64,000 nucleotides of DNA from Bacteroidales bacterium (GTDB lineage: Bacteria > Bacteroidota > Bacteroidia > Bacteroidales > UBA11471). The stretch is taken from assembly GCA_045606385.1 (NCBI GenBank), contig JAZURX010000021.1:6677-70676 (forward strand), in the 5' to 3' direction. The position numbers and the translations under genes are program-made. Below, one piece after another: positions 46,929 through 56,525 of the stretch. Every line of letters starts with the position of its first letter. Position 1 is the stretch's first letter. Below the pieces are notes generated by a model. It worked only from the letters and a program-made list of their open reading frames with translations. It ran no database searches and was not told where the DNA came from.

Positions 46929-48119
46929 TTATCGGGGAAGTACGTTGATTTTGAGTTTTGCGTAGGCACGTTCGGCTTTGGCAAGAGCCTCTTCTACGGT
47001 ATCGGCGCAAGCGAGGATTACACCCAGACGACGATGACCGTTGACTTCGGCCTTGCCGAATATACGGAGTTGCACGTCCGGCTCACTCAGTACCTCTTCG
47101 AGGTTGTCAAATTCTACTTTGTCGGTATTACCCTCGACTACGATGGCTTTTGAGGCCGATGGAGCGTGGAATCGTATGCCGGGAATGGGAAGCCCCAATA
47201 CGGCACGAGCATGAAGGGCAAACTCCGAGAGATCTTGTGATATCATGGTGACCATACCGGTGTCGTGGGGACGTGGAGATACTTCACTGAATATTACTTC
47301 ATCTCCCTTGATAAACATTTCTACACCGAATATACCCCAGCCACCGAGCGCTTCTGTAATTTTACCGGCAATGTTTTCGGCCGCTTTCAGCGCTGTTTCA
47401 CTCATGGCCTGTGGTTGCCATGATTCACGGTAGTCTCCGTCGACTTGGTGGTGACCGATGGGTTTGAGGAAAGTTGTGCCACCGATGTGGCGTACGGTAA
47501 GTAAGGTAATCTCATAATCGAAATCGACAAAGCCTTCGACGATAACGCGTCCGGCTCCGGCACGCCCCCCTTCCTGTGCGTATTTCCATGAGTAGTCGAT
47601 GTCGGACTCGGTGCGTATCACACTCTGTCCATGTCCCGATGAACTCATAATAGGCTTTACAACGCAAGGCATGCCTATCTCTTTGACTGCGGCGTCGAAC
47701 TCTTCGCGAGTCGATGCAAAACGGTAGGGAGAGGTTTTGAGACCCAGCTCTTCGGCAGCAAGGCGACGTATTCCTTCGCGATTCATGGTGAGGAATGTGG
47801 CTTTGGCTGTAGGTGTCACATTATAACCCTCTTTTTCCAATTCTACAAGTGTAGGGGTGGCGATAGCTTCGACCTCGGGAATGATGTGGTCGGGCTTTTC
47901 GGTTTCGATAATTTCTCTCAATTTATCTCCATCGAGCATCGACAGAACGTGAGAGCGATGGGCTACTTGCATGGCGGGAGCATTTGGATACTTGTCGAGT
48001 GCGACGACTTCTACTCCATAACGTTGCAACTCGATGGTTACCTCTTTACCGAGCTCTCCCGAGCCGCAAAGTACTACTTTCTTGCCCACTTTTGATAGGG
48101 CGGTTCCTATTTTTGTCAT
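46929..48119 (-). CDS. purT: Formate-dependent phosphoribosylglycinamide formyltransferase
   Basis: 396 aa, ATP-grasp fold. N-terminus [14 protein letters not shown] and the overall PurT pattern. Confidence 0.93.
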   Translation of the reverse strand: MTKIGTALSKVGKKVVLCGSGELGKEVTIELQRYGVEVVALDKYPNAPAMQVAHRSHVLSMLDGDKLREIIETEKPDHIIPEVEAIATPTLVELEKEGYNVTPTAKATFLTMNREGIRRLAAEELGLKTSPYRFASTREEFDAAVKEIGMPCVVKPIMSSSGHGQSVIRTESDIDYSWKYAQEGGRAGAGRVIVEGFVDFDYEITLLTVRHIGGTTFLKPIGHHQVDGDYRESWQPQAMSETALKAAENIAGKITEALGGWGIFGVEMFIKGDEVIFSEVSPRPHDTGMVTMISQDLSEFALHARAVLGLPIPGIRFHAPSASKAIVVEGNTDKVEFDNLEEVLSEPDVQLRIFGKAEVNGHRRLGVILACADTVEEALAKAERAYAKLKINVLPR

Positions 48120-48163
48120 ATTGAATATATATTTTCGTGGGATAAAGATAATGATTTAATACG

Positions 48164-48201
48164 ATAAAAAAAATCCGATACTATAATTTTGTATCGGATT
48201 T
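48164..48201 (-). terminator. Rho-independent terminator after the GH43 gene
   Basis: Minus strand reads AAATCCGATAC-loop-GTATCGGATTT followed by a T-run. Confidence 0.8.
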
Positions 48202-48221
48202 TATTAAATATGATGTGTCTG

Positions 48222-49898
48222 TTATTTTTTTGTGATGCGGAACCAGTCGGCGTCTAACCAGCCGCTGTCGTTGCTGTGCCAATTGCGGGTGCAGAACAGA
48301 CCTACTTTTGCACCTATCCATTTTCCTTCTTTGGCAATAAATGGTTTACCGAATTGACTGAATTTTTTACCGTCTACGCTGTAATAGAATGTGCATTCGC
48401 ATTTATAATCTTCTTTTTTTGTAGGATTTTTGGCCCCTACCTGTTGTACTTTTACGCGTAAGTATATTTCGTTGTCATCGAGTTTTACAGCGTTGTTTTC
48501 CTTTTCCACACCGCCTTTATCTGCTTTTTTGCAGTCGGCCTGCGTAAGGTATATTCCATCGGCGCGGCTGTCGAGTGCGAGTACGGCGTAGTCGAGACCC
48601 ATTACAACAAGTCCGGCGCGTTCTCCTTCCATCACTTTACCTTTGTTATGGCGAGGCATGAATTTTACCTTTGTTGTGGCTGTAAAGTTTTCTGTGGGGA
48701 ATTTCTGTAGGAGCAAGTTGGGAACATCGTAAAGACTCTTCATGCTCGGTGTGTGGTGTGAGTAGAGACGCAATGTAGATGCTGCGGCATCGCAGAAGTA
48801 CCAGAGCGCATGAGGGTTGGCATGCCATTGCCATTGCAAGCCGAGTGTATTACTGTCAAATTCGTCACTGTCGGCGGGAGTAGCTTTGGGATAGGCCTTT
48901 CCTACGTTGGGCTTTTTATAGGTCGATACAGGTTCGCCGCAGCCATCGCCGTCTTTGTCTATACCTATTACGCACCAGCCATTATCGAGCCATTGCATGG
49001 GTTGCAAGTGTACAACACGTCCGTATGCACCTTTGTCTTGGAAGTGTATAAACCAATTTTCTTTTCCGTCGGGAGTCTCTATCCATGCACCTTGGTGAGG
49101 CCCGTTTACATCGCTGTTTCCTTGCGCCATGACTGTTTTTGCCTCATAAGGTCCCCATACATTTTTGGAGCGAAGTACCACTTGCCATCCGGTAGCAACG
49201 CCTCCGGCGGGAGAGAATATGTAGTAGTATCCGTTGCGCTTGTATATTTTAGCACCTTCTATGGTTTCGTTGCCGATGTGCCCGTCATATATTACGCGGT
49301 CTTGTCCGATTGTGGCTGTCCCGTCAGGTGTCATTTCTATCATACCGAGGATACTTTTTACACCTGCTCGACTGCCGGCATATCCATGTGCGATATATGC
49401 TTTACCGTCTTCGTCCCAGAGAGGGCAGGGGTCTATCGAACCCACTGTCTCATACACGAGTATCGGTTCTTCCCATGGGCCTGCAGGGTCGGAAGTTTTT
49501 GATTTTATCATATATATGCCACGATCGGGGTCTCCGTAGCATACGTAAAATATGCCTTTGTGAAAACGTATGCTTGGTGCCCATACGGCGTTACCGTGTT
49601 GTGGCTTTGAAAATACATCTTCCGGTTTCAGACGTTCTGCCGCACAACCTACAATTGTCCAGTTTACGAGGTCTTTTGAGTGGAGAATTTGTAATGCGGG
49701 AATGCAATTGAAACTCGATGAGGTCATGTAGTAGTCATCGCCTACGCGACATACGTCGGGGTCGGAATAGTCGGCATCGATAATTGGGTTTTTGTATTTG
49801 CCGTTACCAAGGTCGGGCGACCATACTTGTGATATGTTTTGCGCTGTTACCGCCCCTGCAAGTATAAAAAACAGGGTAATAAAATGGCTTTTTTTCAT
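48222..49898 (-). CDS. Glycoside hydrolase family 43 (beta-xylosidase/alpha-L-arabinofuranosidase type) with C-terminal beta-sandwich domain
   Basis: 558 aa with a signal peptide, an N-terminal DADYSDPDV motif and WAPSIRF, plus a C-terminal concanavalin-like module. Confidence 0.85.
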   Translation of the reverse strand: MKKSHFITLFFILAGAVTAQNISQVWSPDLGNGKYKNPIIDADYSDPDVCRVGDDYYMTSSSFNCIPALQILHSKDLVNWTIVGCAAERLKPEDVFSKPQHGNAVWAPSIRFHKGIFYVCYGDPDRGIYMIKSKTSDPAGPWEEPILVYETVGSIDPCPLWDEDGKAYIAHGYAGSRAGVKSILGMIEMTPDGTATIGQDRVIYDGHIGNETIEGAKIYKRNGYYYIFSPAGGVATGWQVVLRSKNVWGPYEAKTVMAQGNSDVNGPHQGAWIETPDGKENWFIHFQDKGAYGRVVHLQPMQWLDNGWCVIGIDKDGDGCGEPVSTYKKPNVGKAYPKATPADSDEFDSNTLGLQWQWHANPHALWYFCDAAASTLRLYSHHTPSMKSLYDVPNLLLQKFPTENFTATTKVKFMPRHNKGKVMEGERAGLVVMGLDYAVLALDSRADGIYLTQADCKKADKGGVEKENNAVKLDDNEIYLRVKVQQVGAKNPTKKEDYKCECTFYYSVDGKKFSQFGKPFIAKEGKWIGAKVGLFCTRNWHSNDSGWLDADWFRITKK

Positions 49899-49922
49899 GG
49901 AATATTTTTTATGAGTTAATGT

Positions 49923-50903
49923 TTATTTTTTTTCTTGCCACCAATTGCCTCCAAGGACATTTTCACGAGTATATTTCTTGGATTCTTTTTTTGATAGTTG
50001 TCGACACCAGTTGACACGTTTATCTATTCCGGCTCCTTCACCGTAATTTTGATATTCGTTATATCGGGCTGTTTTTTCGTTCTCAGGATTTCTCCAATTT
50101 TCCCAACCTTCGGGGCGAATGTGTTTGCCAAGGTTACATTTAATGAATGTTACGGCGGCATATGCTCTCCATGGGCGTCCCAAATATACTTTAGTCACAT
50201 TTTTGTCTGCTGTTAAGGTACATTTATGGAATACGTATCCGAATGGATTGTTTTGAGCCGATGAGGCAGCTGTGATGTATGAATTTTGTTTGCAATGGAT
50301 ATGACAATTTTCGAGCCAGCAGGTTGCAGGGCCGAATATAAAGTCGGTCGTACCGTCGATGTAGCAATTCTCGAAATATACGTGGCTCTTTTCGTCACCG
50401 GTGAAGAGGGTGTCTTGATTCCCTTTGAGTTTGCAATTACGTACTATTATTTGGTCTCCTTCGGTGTGTAGGGCTACTGCTTGTCCTACGCGTCCTGCGT
50501 TATTTTCGATAGTAAGATTTTCGAGTGTGATTCTGTGTCCGGCCACCAACATGGTGTGTGTGCGGAAAGTCCCCATTTTAGCAATTGAGTCACCGAAGTA
50601 TATTATGTCTTTGCCGGCAAAATCGCCATGAGTGATAATGGTACTGTCGGCGCATTCTCCTTGTATAGTGATGTCGCATTTCCATGCGGGTATGATCAAC
50701 TTTTCGTCATACGTGCCCTTTTTGACAAATATGGTAATGGGTATGGGGGTGTAGTCGCGGATGGCGTATACGGCCTCTTGTATTGTTGTGTAGTCGCCAC
50801 TACCATCTTGTGCTACAATGAGTAGAAGTTTGGGCTGTGGTGCAGCCGATAATGATATACCGAAAATGGTAAAAAGCAGGAAGATGTTTACTATGCGTTT
50901 CAT
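49923..50903 (-). CDS. Pectin methylesterase (CE8)
   Basis: 326 aa with a signal peptide and the motifs QDGSGDYTTIQEA, GNQDTLF, GTTDFIFG and LGRPW. Confidence 0.92.
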   Translation of the reverse strand: MKRIVNIFLLFTIFGISLSAAPQPKLLLIVAQDGSGDYTTIQEAVYAIRDYTPIPITIFVKKGTYDEKLIIPAWKCDITIQGECADSTIITHGDFAGKDIIYFGDSIAKMGTFRTHTMLVAGHRITLENLTIENNAGRVGQAVALHTEGDQIIVRNCKLKGNQDTLFTGDEKSHVYFENCYIDGTTDFIFGPATCWLENCHIHCKQNSYITAASSAQNNPFGYVFHKCTLTADKNVTKVYLGRPWRAYAAVTFIKCNLGKHIRPEGWENWRNPENEKTARYNEYQNYGEGAGIDKRVNWCRQLSKKESKKYTRENVLGGNWWQEKK

Positions 50904-51059
50904 GGAATGATTGTTTAGTTAAGGCAAAAATACAATATTTTTTCTGTTTGGTAGTGGATTCTTGTCGCAAAAAGGTGTTTTTATTCTTCTATTAGTTGTT
51001 TTAATATACAAATAGTCGGCGTATTTGTGCTGACTATCTGTATATTAAATAAAGTAGAA

Positions 51060-51269
51060 TTACCCGATGAGTACTACTTCGTAGTCACCTTCTACCTCGG
51101 TCACGTTGATTTTATCTTCGCGAGATAACCAGCCGATAGCTGTAAATAACTGTTTGTCTTTCAGTTTAGTGGATTTTTTTAAGCTTTTTACGGTCATTGC
51201 GCCGTTTTCATTGAGGGCGTTCCATACCAATCCGGCATTCATTCCCATTTCTTCTTTTGTCATATTCAT
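51060..51269 (-). CDS. Small winged-helix protein (DUF2582-like)
   Basis: 69 aa from MNMTKEEMGMNAGLVWNALNENGAMTVKSLKK. The track ORF (start at 51344) is trimmed to the ATG downstream of the -7 box. Confidence 0.6.
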   Translation of the reverse strand: MNMTKEEMGMNAGLVWNALNENGAMTVKSLKKSTKLKDKQLFTAIGWLSREDKINVTEVEGDYEVVLIG

Positions 51270-51341
51270 CTGATTTAAGTTACTAAAGAATGTCGTCTTT
51301 ATATTATAAAATAAACAACTTCCTTTAGAAAATTGCGGGTG

Positions 51342-51349
51342 CAAAGGTA
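51342..51349 (-). promoter_or_regulatory. -7 promoter box for the winged-helix gene
   Basis: Minus strand reads TACCTTTG, about 70 nt upstream of the ATG at 51269. Confidence 0.45.
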
Positions 51350-51376
51350 TAATTTTATTTTGAATTTACCAAAATG

Positions 51377-51411
51377 AAAGAGCCATCATGTACTTTCGTT
51401 GATGGCTCTTT
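51377..51411 (-). terminator. Hairpin terminator after the GH105-like gene
   Basis: 12-bp stem AAAGAGCCATCA / TGATGGCTCTTT with an 11-nt loop. The tail on the minus strand is T-rich. Confidence 0.65.
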
Positions 51412-51448
51412 GGTTATATCGACAAATTGATACTTTCTATGTTTGAGA

Positions 51449-52672
51449 CTAATTCCCCATTTCGAGGCATAACATAATGAAAGGAGCGACACCTTTGGGA
51501 TCATTTGGTCGAACCGGTTCGCTGATATAGTATTCGTATGTGGTTCCTCGGCAGGGTTTCCCTCCGAGGCCGGCTACTGCACATACTTGATTGATGGATA
51601 CTAACCCCTTATCATCGACTGTTATGAAGTTGTTGAGTATGCCTTCATAGGCTTTACGTGCGATTTCGATTTTCTCTGGAGCAATGTATCCTTTACGTAC
51701 AGCCTTTGCAATAGAGTAGGCTATCATTGGTGTACAAGACATTTCATGATAGTTGCCTTCGCGAGCGGGTTGATCGAGTACTTGTGACCATGCACCTGTT
51801 TCAGGGTCTTGATATTTGGGTAGGACATCGACCAATCTGCTGAAGATGTCGATGATTTTTTCGCGACCGGGTTGTGTGACCGGCATGAAATCGAGTACGT
51901 CGACCATGGCCATCATATACCAACCGAGGGCTCGCCCCCATACGTGAGGCGAACGACCTGTTTTGTCGGACCAAGGAAGGGCCTTTATTTCGTCCCATCC
52001 GTGACGGTATAGCTGAGTTTCTTTGTCGTATGTACGTTTTGCCACTAATGTAATTTGTCGTACGATGTCGGCAAATGCTCTATCGTTATCGGCATCGAAT
52101 GTCGCCGTGTATTGTGCGTAGTAGGGTGAGCCCATATACAAACCGTCGAGCCACATTTGGAAGGGATATACGCGTTTGTGCCAAAATCCACCTTCGGAGG
52201 TGCGTGGTTGTGAGGCAAGTTGGGCGCGCAATGTGTCCATGGCGATTTTGTAACGGGAATCTTTTTCGCGTTCGTATAGTCTGAATAGTATTTTGCCCGG
52301 GTTTACATGGTCGATGTTGTAGTTTGTCTTTTTGTAGCCATAGATGATACCGTTCTCATTAATCATTGTGTCGGCATATTGTTTTACGTAGGCGTAAAAT
52401 GGTTCGACGGCATTTTTGTATTTTTTGTTGCCGATGTATTGATCATATACATCGAGGAATGATTGACATTCGAGCCCGTGGCAGTAATTCCATTTGAGTT
52501 TGGAACTGAAATCGAGCATCCACCCTTCAGGATTGCGTATGATTTCCGATTGTGCGAGTCGTATAGACATCGGTAATTTAGGGTCGACATCATATTTTTT
52601 CTTGGCAGATAGATTGATACAGCCACAGATAATGATTGTGAGTGATAAAATAAATTTACAGGATGTTTTCAT
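51449..52672 (-). CDS. Glycosyl hydrolase family 88/105 protein, likely unsaturated rhamnogalacturonyl hydrolase (GH105)
   Basis: 407 aa with a signal peptide and the motifs KWNYCHGL, MWLDGLYMG and HVWGRALGWY. Neighbouring genes are pectin-related. Confidence 0.85.
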   Translation of the reverse strand: MKTSCKFILSLTIIICGCINLSAKKKYDVDPKLPMSIRLAQSEIIRNPEGWMLDFSSKLKWNYCHGLECQSFLDVYDQYIGNKKYKNAVEPFYAYVKQYADTMINENGIIYGYKKTNYNIDHVNPGKILFRLYEREKDSRYKIAMDTLRAQLASQPRTSEGGFWHKRVYPFQMWLDGLYMGSPYYAQYTATFDADNDRAFADIVRQITLVAKRTYDKETQLYRHGWDEIKALPWSDKTGRSPHVWGRALGWYMMAMVDVLDFMPVTQPGREKIIDIFSRLVDVLPKYQDPETGAWSQVLDQPAREGNYHEMSCTPMIAYSIAKAVRKGYIAPEKIEIARKAYEGILNNFITVDDKGLVSINQVCAVAGLGGKPCRGTTYEYYISEPVRPNDPKGVAPFIMLCLEMGN

Positions 52673-52680
52673 GAGGAATC

Positions 52681-54834
52681 TTATTTTTTGTGGTATTTCA
52701 GAGTTATACGTTTCTCCAAGTCCGATACGGAAATGAAATATAGTCCTTTTTGTAATTTGGCAATGGGTATTTCTTTGTGGTGTGTACCGGCATGGCGTGA
52801 AGTAGTAACATAGTTATATATCGCCCGTCCGTCGATAGAATATAGTTGTATGCGGATAGGTGATGTCGAATTATGTGTGTAGTATACCGTCAGAATCTCC
52901 CCGGAGGTGTGTAGTGAAGCGACAAAATTGCTACTGTCGATGATGTCGGTGTGTGATGTAGATGTATCGGGCGGAGTAACACTTGGTATGTCGGGTATCG
53001 TATCAGATGGTATTTCGGAGTGTATGGTGTCGCTTGATACTCGACAGTGGAAAGTTACATTTTTGTACGATATGGTGTATTTGTCTTTGCCAAATCCTGA
53101 TGACGGATAAGGTAGAAACCGAAAAACAAAGTCCATGTCGTGTGTAACAACAGCCGGTTGTTGCAGTATGAGCGAATGGCTGTTGTATGCATCGCGTGTA
53201 GGCATTATGTCACGACATAAGTAAGTAGCGTTATTCATGTCGTTATGTGTGTCGTATATAGCCGAAAAATACATTTTGTCTGTCATGGTGCGTAGCGCAT
53301 CGAATGTTATGGAATCGATTGCAACGATATGTCCGTTGCGAGGAGTGATGCGATATTGAATGTAATTCTCGGGGTTTTCACCGCCTTTGTCTTTCCATTC
53401 GGTAGCAGAAAAAAGCATGTATCCGGTAGAACTTTCGGAGAGAAGATTGTTGATGCTCATATCTGTCTCGATTTCGGCGGGTGCTATTGTTGCGGTTGTG
53501 GTGTCGGCCGGTGTCATATACCATACGACTTTGTTGCGATATGAACTATCGGGCATGATGATGGTAGTGTCTGAAGGTACATCGGAGGGGGTGTCGTCCG
53601 GTTTAATACCTTGTGTTCCTATGCGATCCATTTCGATGCATAGCATAATGAATGGTCCCACTCCTTTGGGGTCGTTGTCGACGGTTGATGTTTGGTTAAC
53701 ATAATAGTTGTATGACCCGTCTCGGTCGTTACTGAGACCTGCTACCGAACATATTTTTTTCAATGAGACAAAACCTTCATTGTCGATAGTGAGGTAGTTG
53801 TCGATAATACCCCGATATGCTTTTTTTGCAACGTCTAATAGTGATGCGTCAAGGTATCCGAGACGTACACCTTTGGCAATAGAACGGGCAAACATGGGGG
53901 TGCACGACATCTCCTGGTAGTTTCCTGTGCTGTCGGGGTAGTCAACTACTTGATACCAAGCTCCGGTTTCTTTATTTTGATACTTGGGCAATATTTCGCA
54001 AATACCCTGCAAAATGGATATAAGACTGTCGCGTCCGGTTACGTTTTCGGGAATTATTTCGAGTACATCTACCAAAGCCATTGTGTACCAGCCGAGAGCA
54101 CGTCCCCATACATGTTGCGATTGTCCGGTTACGGGGTCGGCCCATGATTGCTGTTTTTTCTCGTCCCAGCCGTGGCGATACAATCCGCTATGGTTGTCTC
54201 TGGTGTATTTGGCAACTAATGTAAATTGTTTTATGACATCGGCATATGATGCAGAAGGGTCTTCTTCAAATGTTTTGGCATACTCGGCATAAAATGGAGT
54301 ACCCATATATAGCCCATCGAGCCACATTTGCCAAGGATAATTGTTTTTGTGCCAATAACCGCCTTCAGAAGTACGCGGGTGGTCTTTCAATTGATCGCGT
54401 AGTGTGTTCATGGCTGTCATGAAACGGTTGTCGTCGGTGCGTGTATACAATCGGAATAGACATTTTCCGGCGTTTATGTGGTCGATATTATAATTACTTT
54501 TCTTGTATTTGTAAATTGTCCCATCTTCGGTAATGGTGGCACGATAATACCCGTTGACGTATTCTTGTAAATCACTACAATCGAGTGTGTCGTTATGGTA
54601 GTAATCATAGGCATCAAGAATCGATTGGCAGAGTAGTCCATGGGTGTAGTTCCATTTGAGCGATGTGTTGCGATCAATGGTTTTGTAATCGGGGTGTCGC
54701 AGCATTTCAGATCGACAAAAACGTAAGGCTAATGGCAGATCTGAAGGGATTTTTGAATATGAATCGGCGGTCACACCTATTGTGTTGAATAGGAGTGACA
54801 TGAAAATAGCGATATGTATAATATGCGTTTTCAT
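52681..54834 (-). CDS. GH88/105 catalytic domain fused to a region of about 230 aa of unknown function and a T9SS C-terminal sorting domain
   Basis: 717 aa. Residues 1 to about 400 are paralogous to 51449-52672 (KWNYTHGL, MWLDGLYMG, HVWGRALGWY). PSD-rich linkers flank the unknown middle domain. The tail IQLYSIDGRAIYNY...LQKGLYFISVSDLEKRITLKYHKK is CTD-like. Confidence 0.8.
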   Translation of the reverse strand: MKTHIIHIAIFMSLLFNTIGVTADSYSKIPSDLPLALRFCRSEMLRHPDYKTIDRNTSLKWNYTHGLLCQSILDAYDYYHNDTLDCSDLQEYVNGYYRATITEDGTIYKYKKSNYNIDHINAGKCLFRLYTRTDDNRFMTAMNTLRDQLKDHPRTSEGGYWHKNNYPWQMWLDGLYMGTPFYAEYAKTFEEDPSASYADVIKQFTLVAKYTRDNHSGLYRHGWDEKKQQSWADPVTGQSQHVWGRALGWYTMALVDVLEIIPENVTGRDSLISILQGICEILPKYQNKETGAWYQVVDYPDSTGNYQEMSCTPMFARSIAKGVRLGYLDASLLDVAKKAYRGIIDNYLTIDNEGFVSLKKICSVAGLSNDRDGSYNYYVNQTSTVDNDPKGVGPFIMLCIEMDRIGTQGIKPDDTPSDVPSDTTIIMPDSSYRNKVVWYMTPADTTTATIAPAEIETDMSINNLLSESSTGYMLFSATEWKDKGGENPENYIQYRITPRNGHIVAIDSITFDALRTMTDKMYFSAIYDTHNDMNNATYLCRDIMPTRDAYNSHSLILQQPAVVTHDMDFVFRFLPYPSSGFGKDKYTISYKNVTFHCRVSSDTIHSEIPSDTIPDIPSVTPPDTSTSHTDIIDSSNFVASLHTSGEILTVYYTHNSTSPIRIQLYSIDGRAIYNYVTTSRHAGTHHKEIPIAKLQKGLYFISVSDLEKRITLKYHKK

Positions 54835-54845
54835 AGTGCAAACGG

Positions 54846-56492
54846 CTATTTTTCTTTGGAGGGATTCCAGCCGTCAGTGCCACCCAAGACCTTTTTGATA
54901 GAGTATTTTGAAGCCTCTTTTCGATTTAATTGTTTTGCCCAATTTACGCGACCTTCTGTTTTAGCACCTTTGCCCGAGTTTTTGTATTCGGCGTAAGTAG
55001 CAGTGGTTTCATTGCTTTCTTTGCCCCAATTGTGCCAGCCTTCGGTGCGGATATGGTTGCCCATTTCACAATTACGGAATACGACGTGTGCGTATGGTCG
55101 CCACGGACGGCCGAGGTATACTTTCGATACATTTTCGTCGGCAGTGAGAGTACAATTGTTGAATACGTATCCGTATGCTTGCTCTTGCGGGGTGGCTGCC
55201 GCAGTGATGTAAGAGTTTTGTTTGCTGTGTATAATGCAATTCTCGAACCATGCGCAAGCTTTTCCGAATATGAAATCGGTGGTACCTTCGATGTAGCACT
55301 CTTCGTAGTATTGTCGGGTGCCTTCACCATATGTGTAAAGGGTGTCTTGGAATCCTTTCATTTTGCATTTTTTGAATACCGCTTTGTCTCCGGCGACAAA
55401 TAATGCTACTGCTTGCCCTACGGGACCGGCTGTATTCTCGAATGTTACATTTTCGGCAGTAAAGCCTTGCCCATAGATATAGAATGAAGATGACCCCGAT
55501 GTGCCCAATTTTTCTCCGAAGACATTCCGGGTGTTGGCATGGTCGTCGTATGTAAAGACTACGTGGTCGACATCTTCTCCTATGATATGTATATTGTTGC
55601 GGTTGGCGGGAATGGTTATTTTTTCTTTGTATACGCCGTTGCGTATATATATGGTTGTGACAGTTTTTCGGAATGCCGGCACGGCATCGATGGCTTTTTG
55701 TAATGTGAAGAAGTCGCCACTGCCGTCCTGTGCTACAACATAGTCATAACGACGAATGTATTGAGCAAGTTTAGGAATTTTTTTCTCTATGGAGTCTACT
55801 GCCATACGAGCGATGATACGAGCACCTTTTACATTGAGGTGGCTGTCATCTTTTTTACCGTCGGGGCATGAGGGGTTGATACCCGGAGCGACCCACATAA
55901 ATAATTCTTTTGATTTTTCATCGCCAAGTGAGTTAATGAGAGTCTCGGTGCTGTTATTGAGGTCGATACATATGACTTTCATCTCTTCGGCCACTTCTTT
56001 ACAAGCGGGGATATAACGCCCGTGAGTATCGATAAGTTTACCGTCTTCTCCAAATTTGCGTCGTATAATGGATGTGAACAGTACCGGGGTAGCTCCTTTT
56101 TCGCGTGTTTGATTGATGTAATATCGCAGATTATTTTTGAAAGCGGTGTCGGGATCGGAATAGCGATCAGGTTTTTTCTTTTGGTCGTTGTGCCCGAATT
56201 GTATGAATACGTAGTCGCCTTTTTTGAGATTGTCATGAATATCTCTCCAGCGCGACATAAAACTGAGAGAACTGCGTCCATTGAGTGCTCGATTGTCGAC
56301 AACAATGTCGGGAGTGAAAAATCCTTGCAGAACATGCCCCCATCCGCGTTCGGGATTTCCGTTTTTAAGGCTTTTATTGGCCATGGTGGAATCGCCAATC
56401 ATATAAATGACCGGTTTTTGTTTGTCTGATGCTGCAGTCAGAACAATGACCATTATCAGAGCAGAAACAATAGAGATAAATAATTTCTTCAT
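54846..56492 (-). CDS. Bifunctional SGNH/GDSL esterase (rhamnogalacturonan acetylesterase-like, CE12) fused to pectin methylesterase (CE8)
   Basis: 548 aa. The N-terminal half has IYMIGDSTMA (GDS block) and DDSHLN (DxxH). The C-terminal half has QDGSGDFFTLQKA, GFQDTLY, GTTDFIFG and LGRPW. Confidence 0.88.
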   Translation of the reverse strand: MKKLFISIVSALIMVIVLTAASDKQKPVIYMIGDSTMANKSLKNGNPERGWGHVLQGFFTPDIVVDNRALNGRSSLSFMSRWRDIHDNLKKGDYVFIQFGHNDQKKKPDRYSDPDTAFKNNLRYYINQTREKGATPVLFTSIIRRKFGEDGKLIDTHGRYIPACKEVAEEMKVICIDLNNSTETLINSLGDEKSKELFMWVAPGINPSCPDGKKDDSHLNVKGARIIARMAVDSIEKKIPKLAQYIRRYDYVVAQDGSGDFFTLQKAIDAVPAFRKTVTTIYIRNGVYKEKITIPANRNNIHIIGEDVDHVVFTYDDHANTRNVFGEKLGTSGSSSFYIYGQGFTAENVTFENTAGPVGQAVALFVAGDKAVFKKCKMKGFQDTLYTYGEGTRQYYEECYIEGTTDFIFGKACAWFENCIIHSKQNSYITAAATPQEQAYGYVFNNCTLTADENVSKVYLGRPWRPYAHVVFRNCEMGNHIRTEGWHNWGKESNETTATYAEYKNSGKGAKTEGRVNWAKQLNRKEASKYSIKKVLGGTDGWNPSKEK

Positions 56493-56525
56493 GGTTGTAT
56501 AGTGTGTTTTTAATATATATCTATT

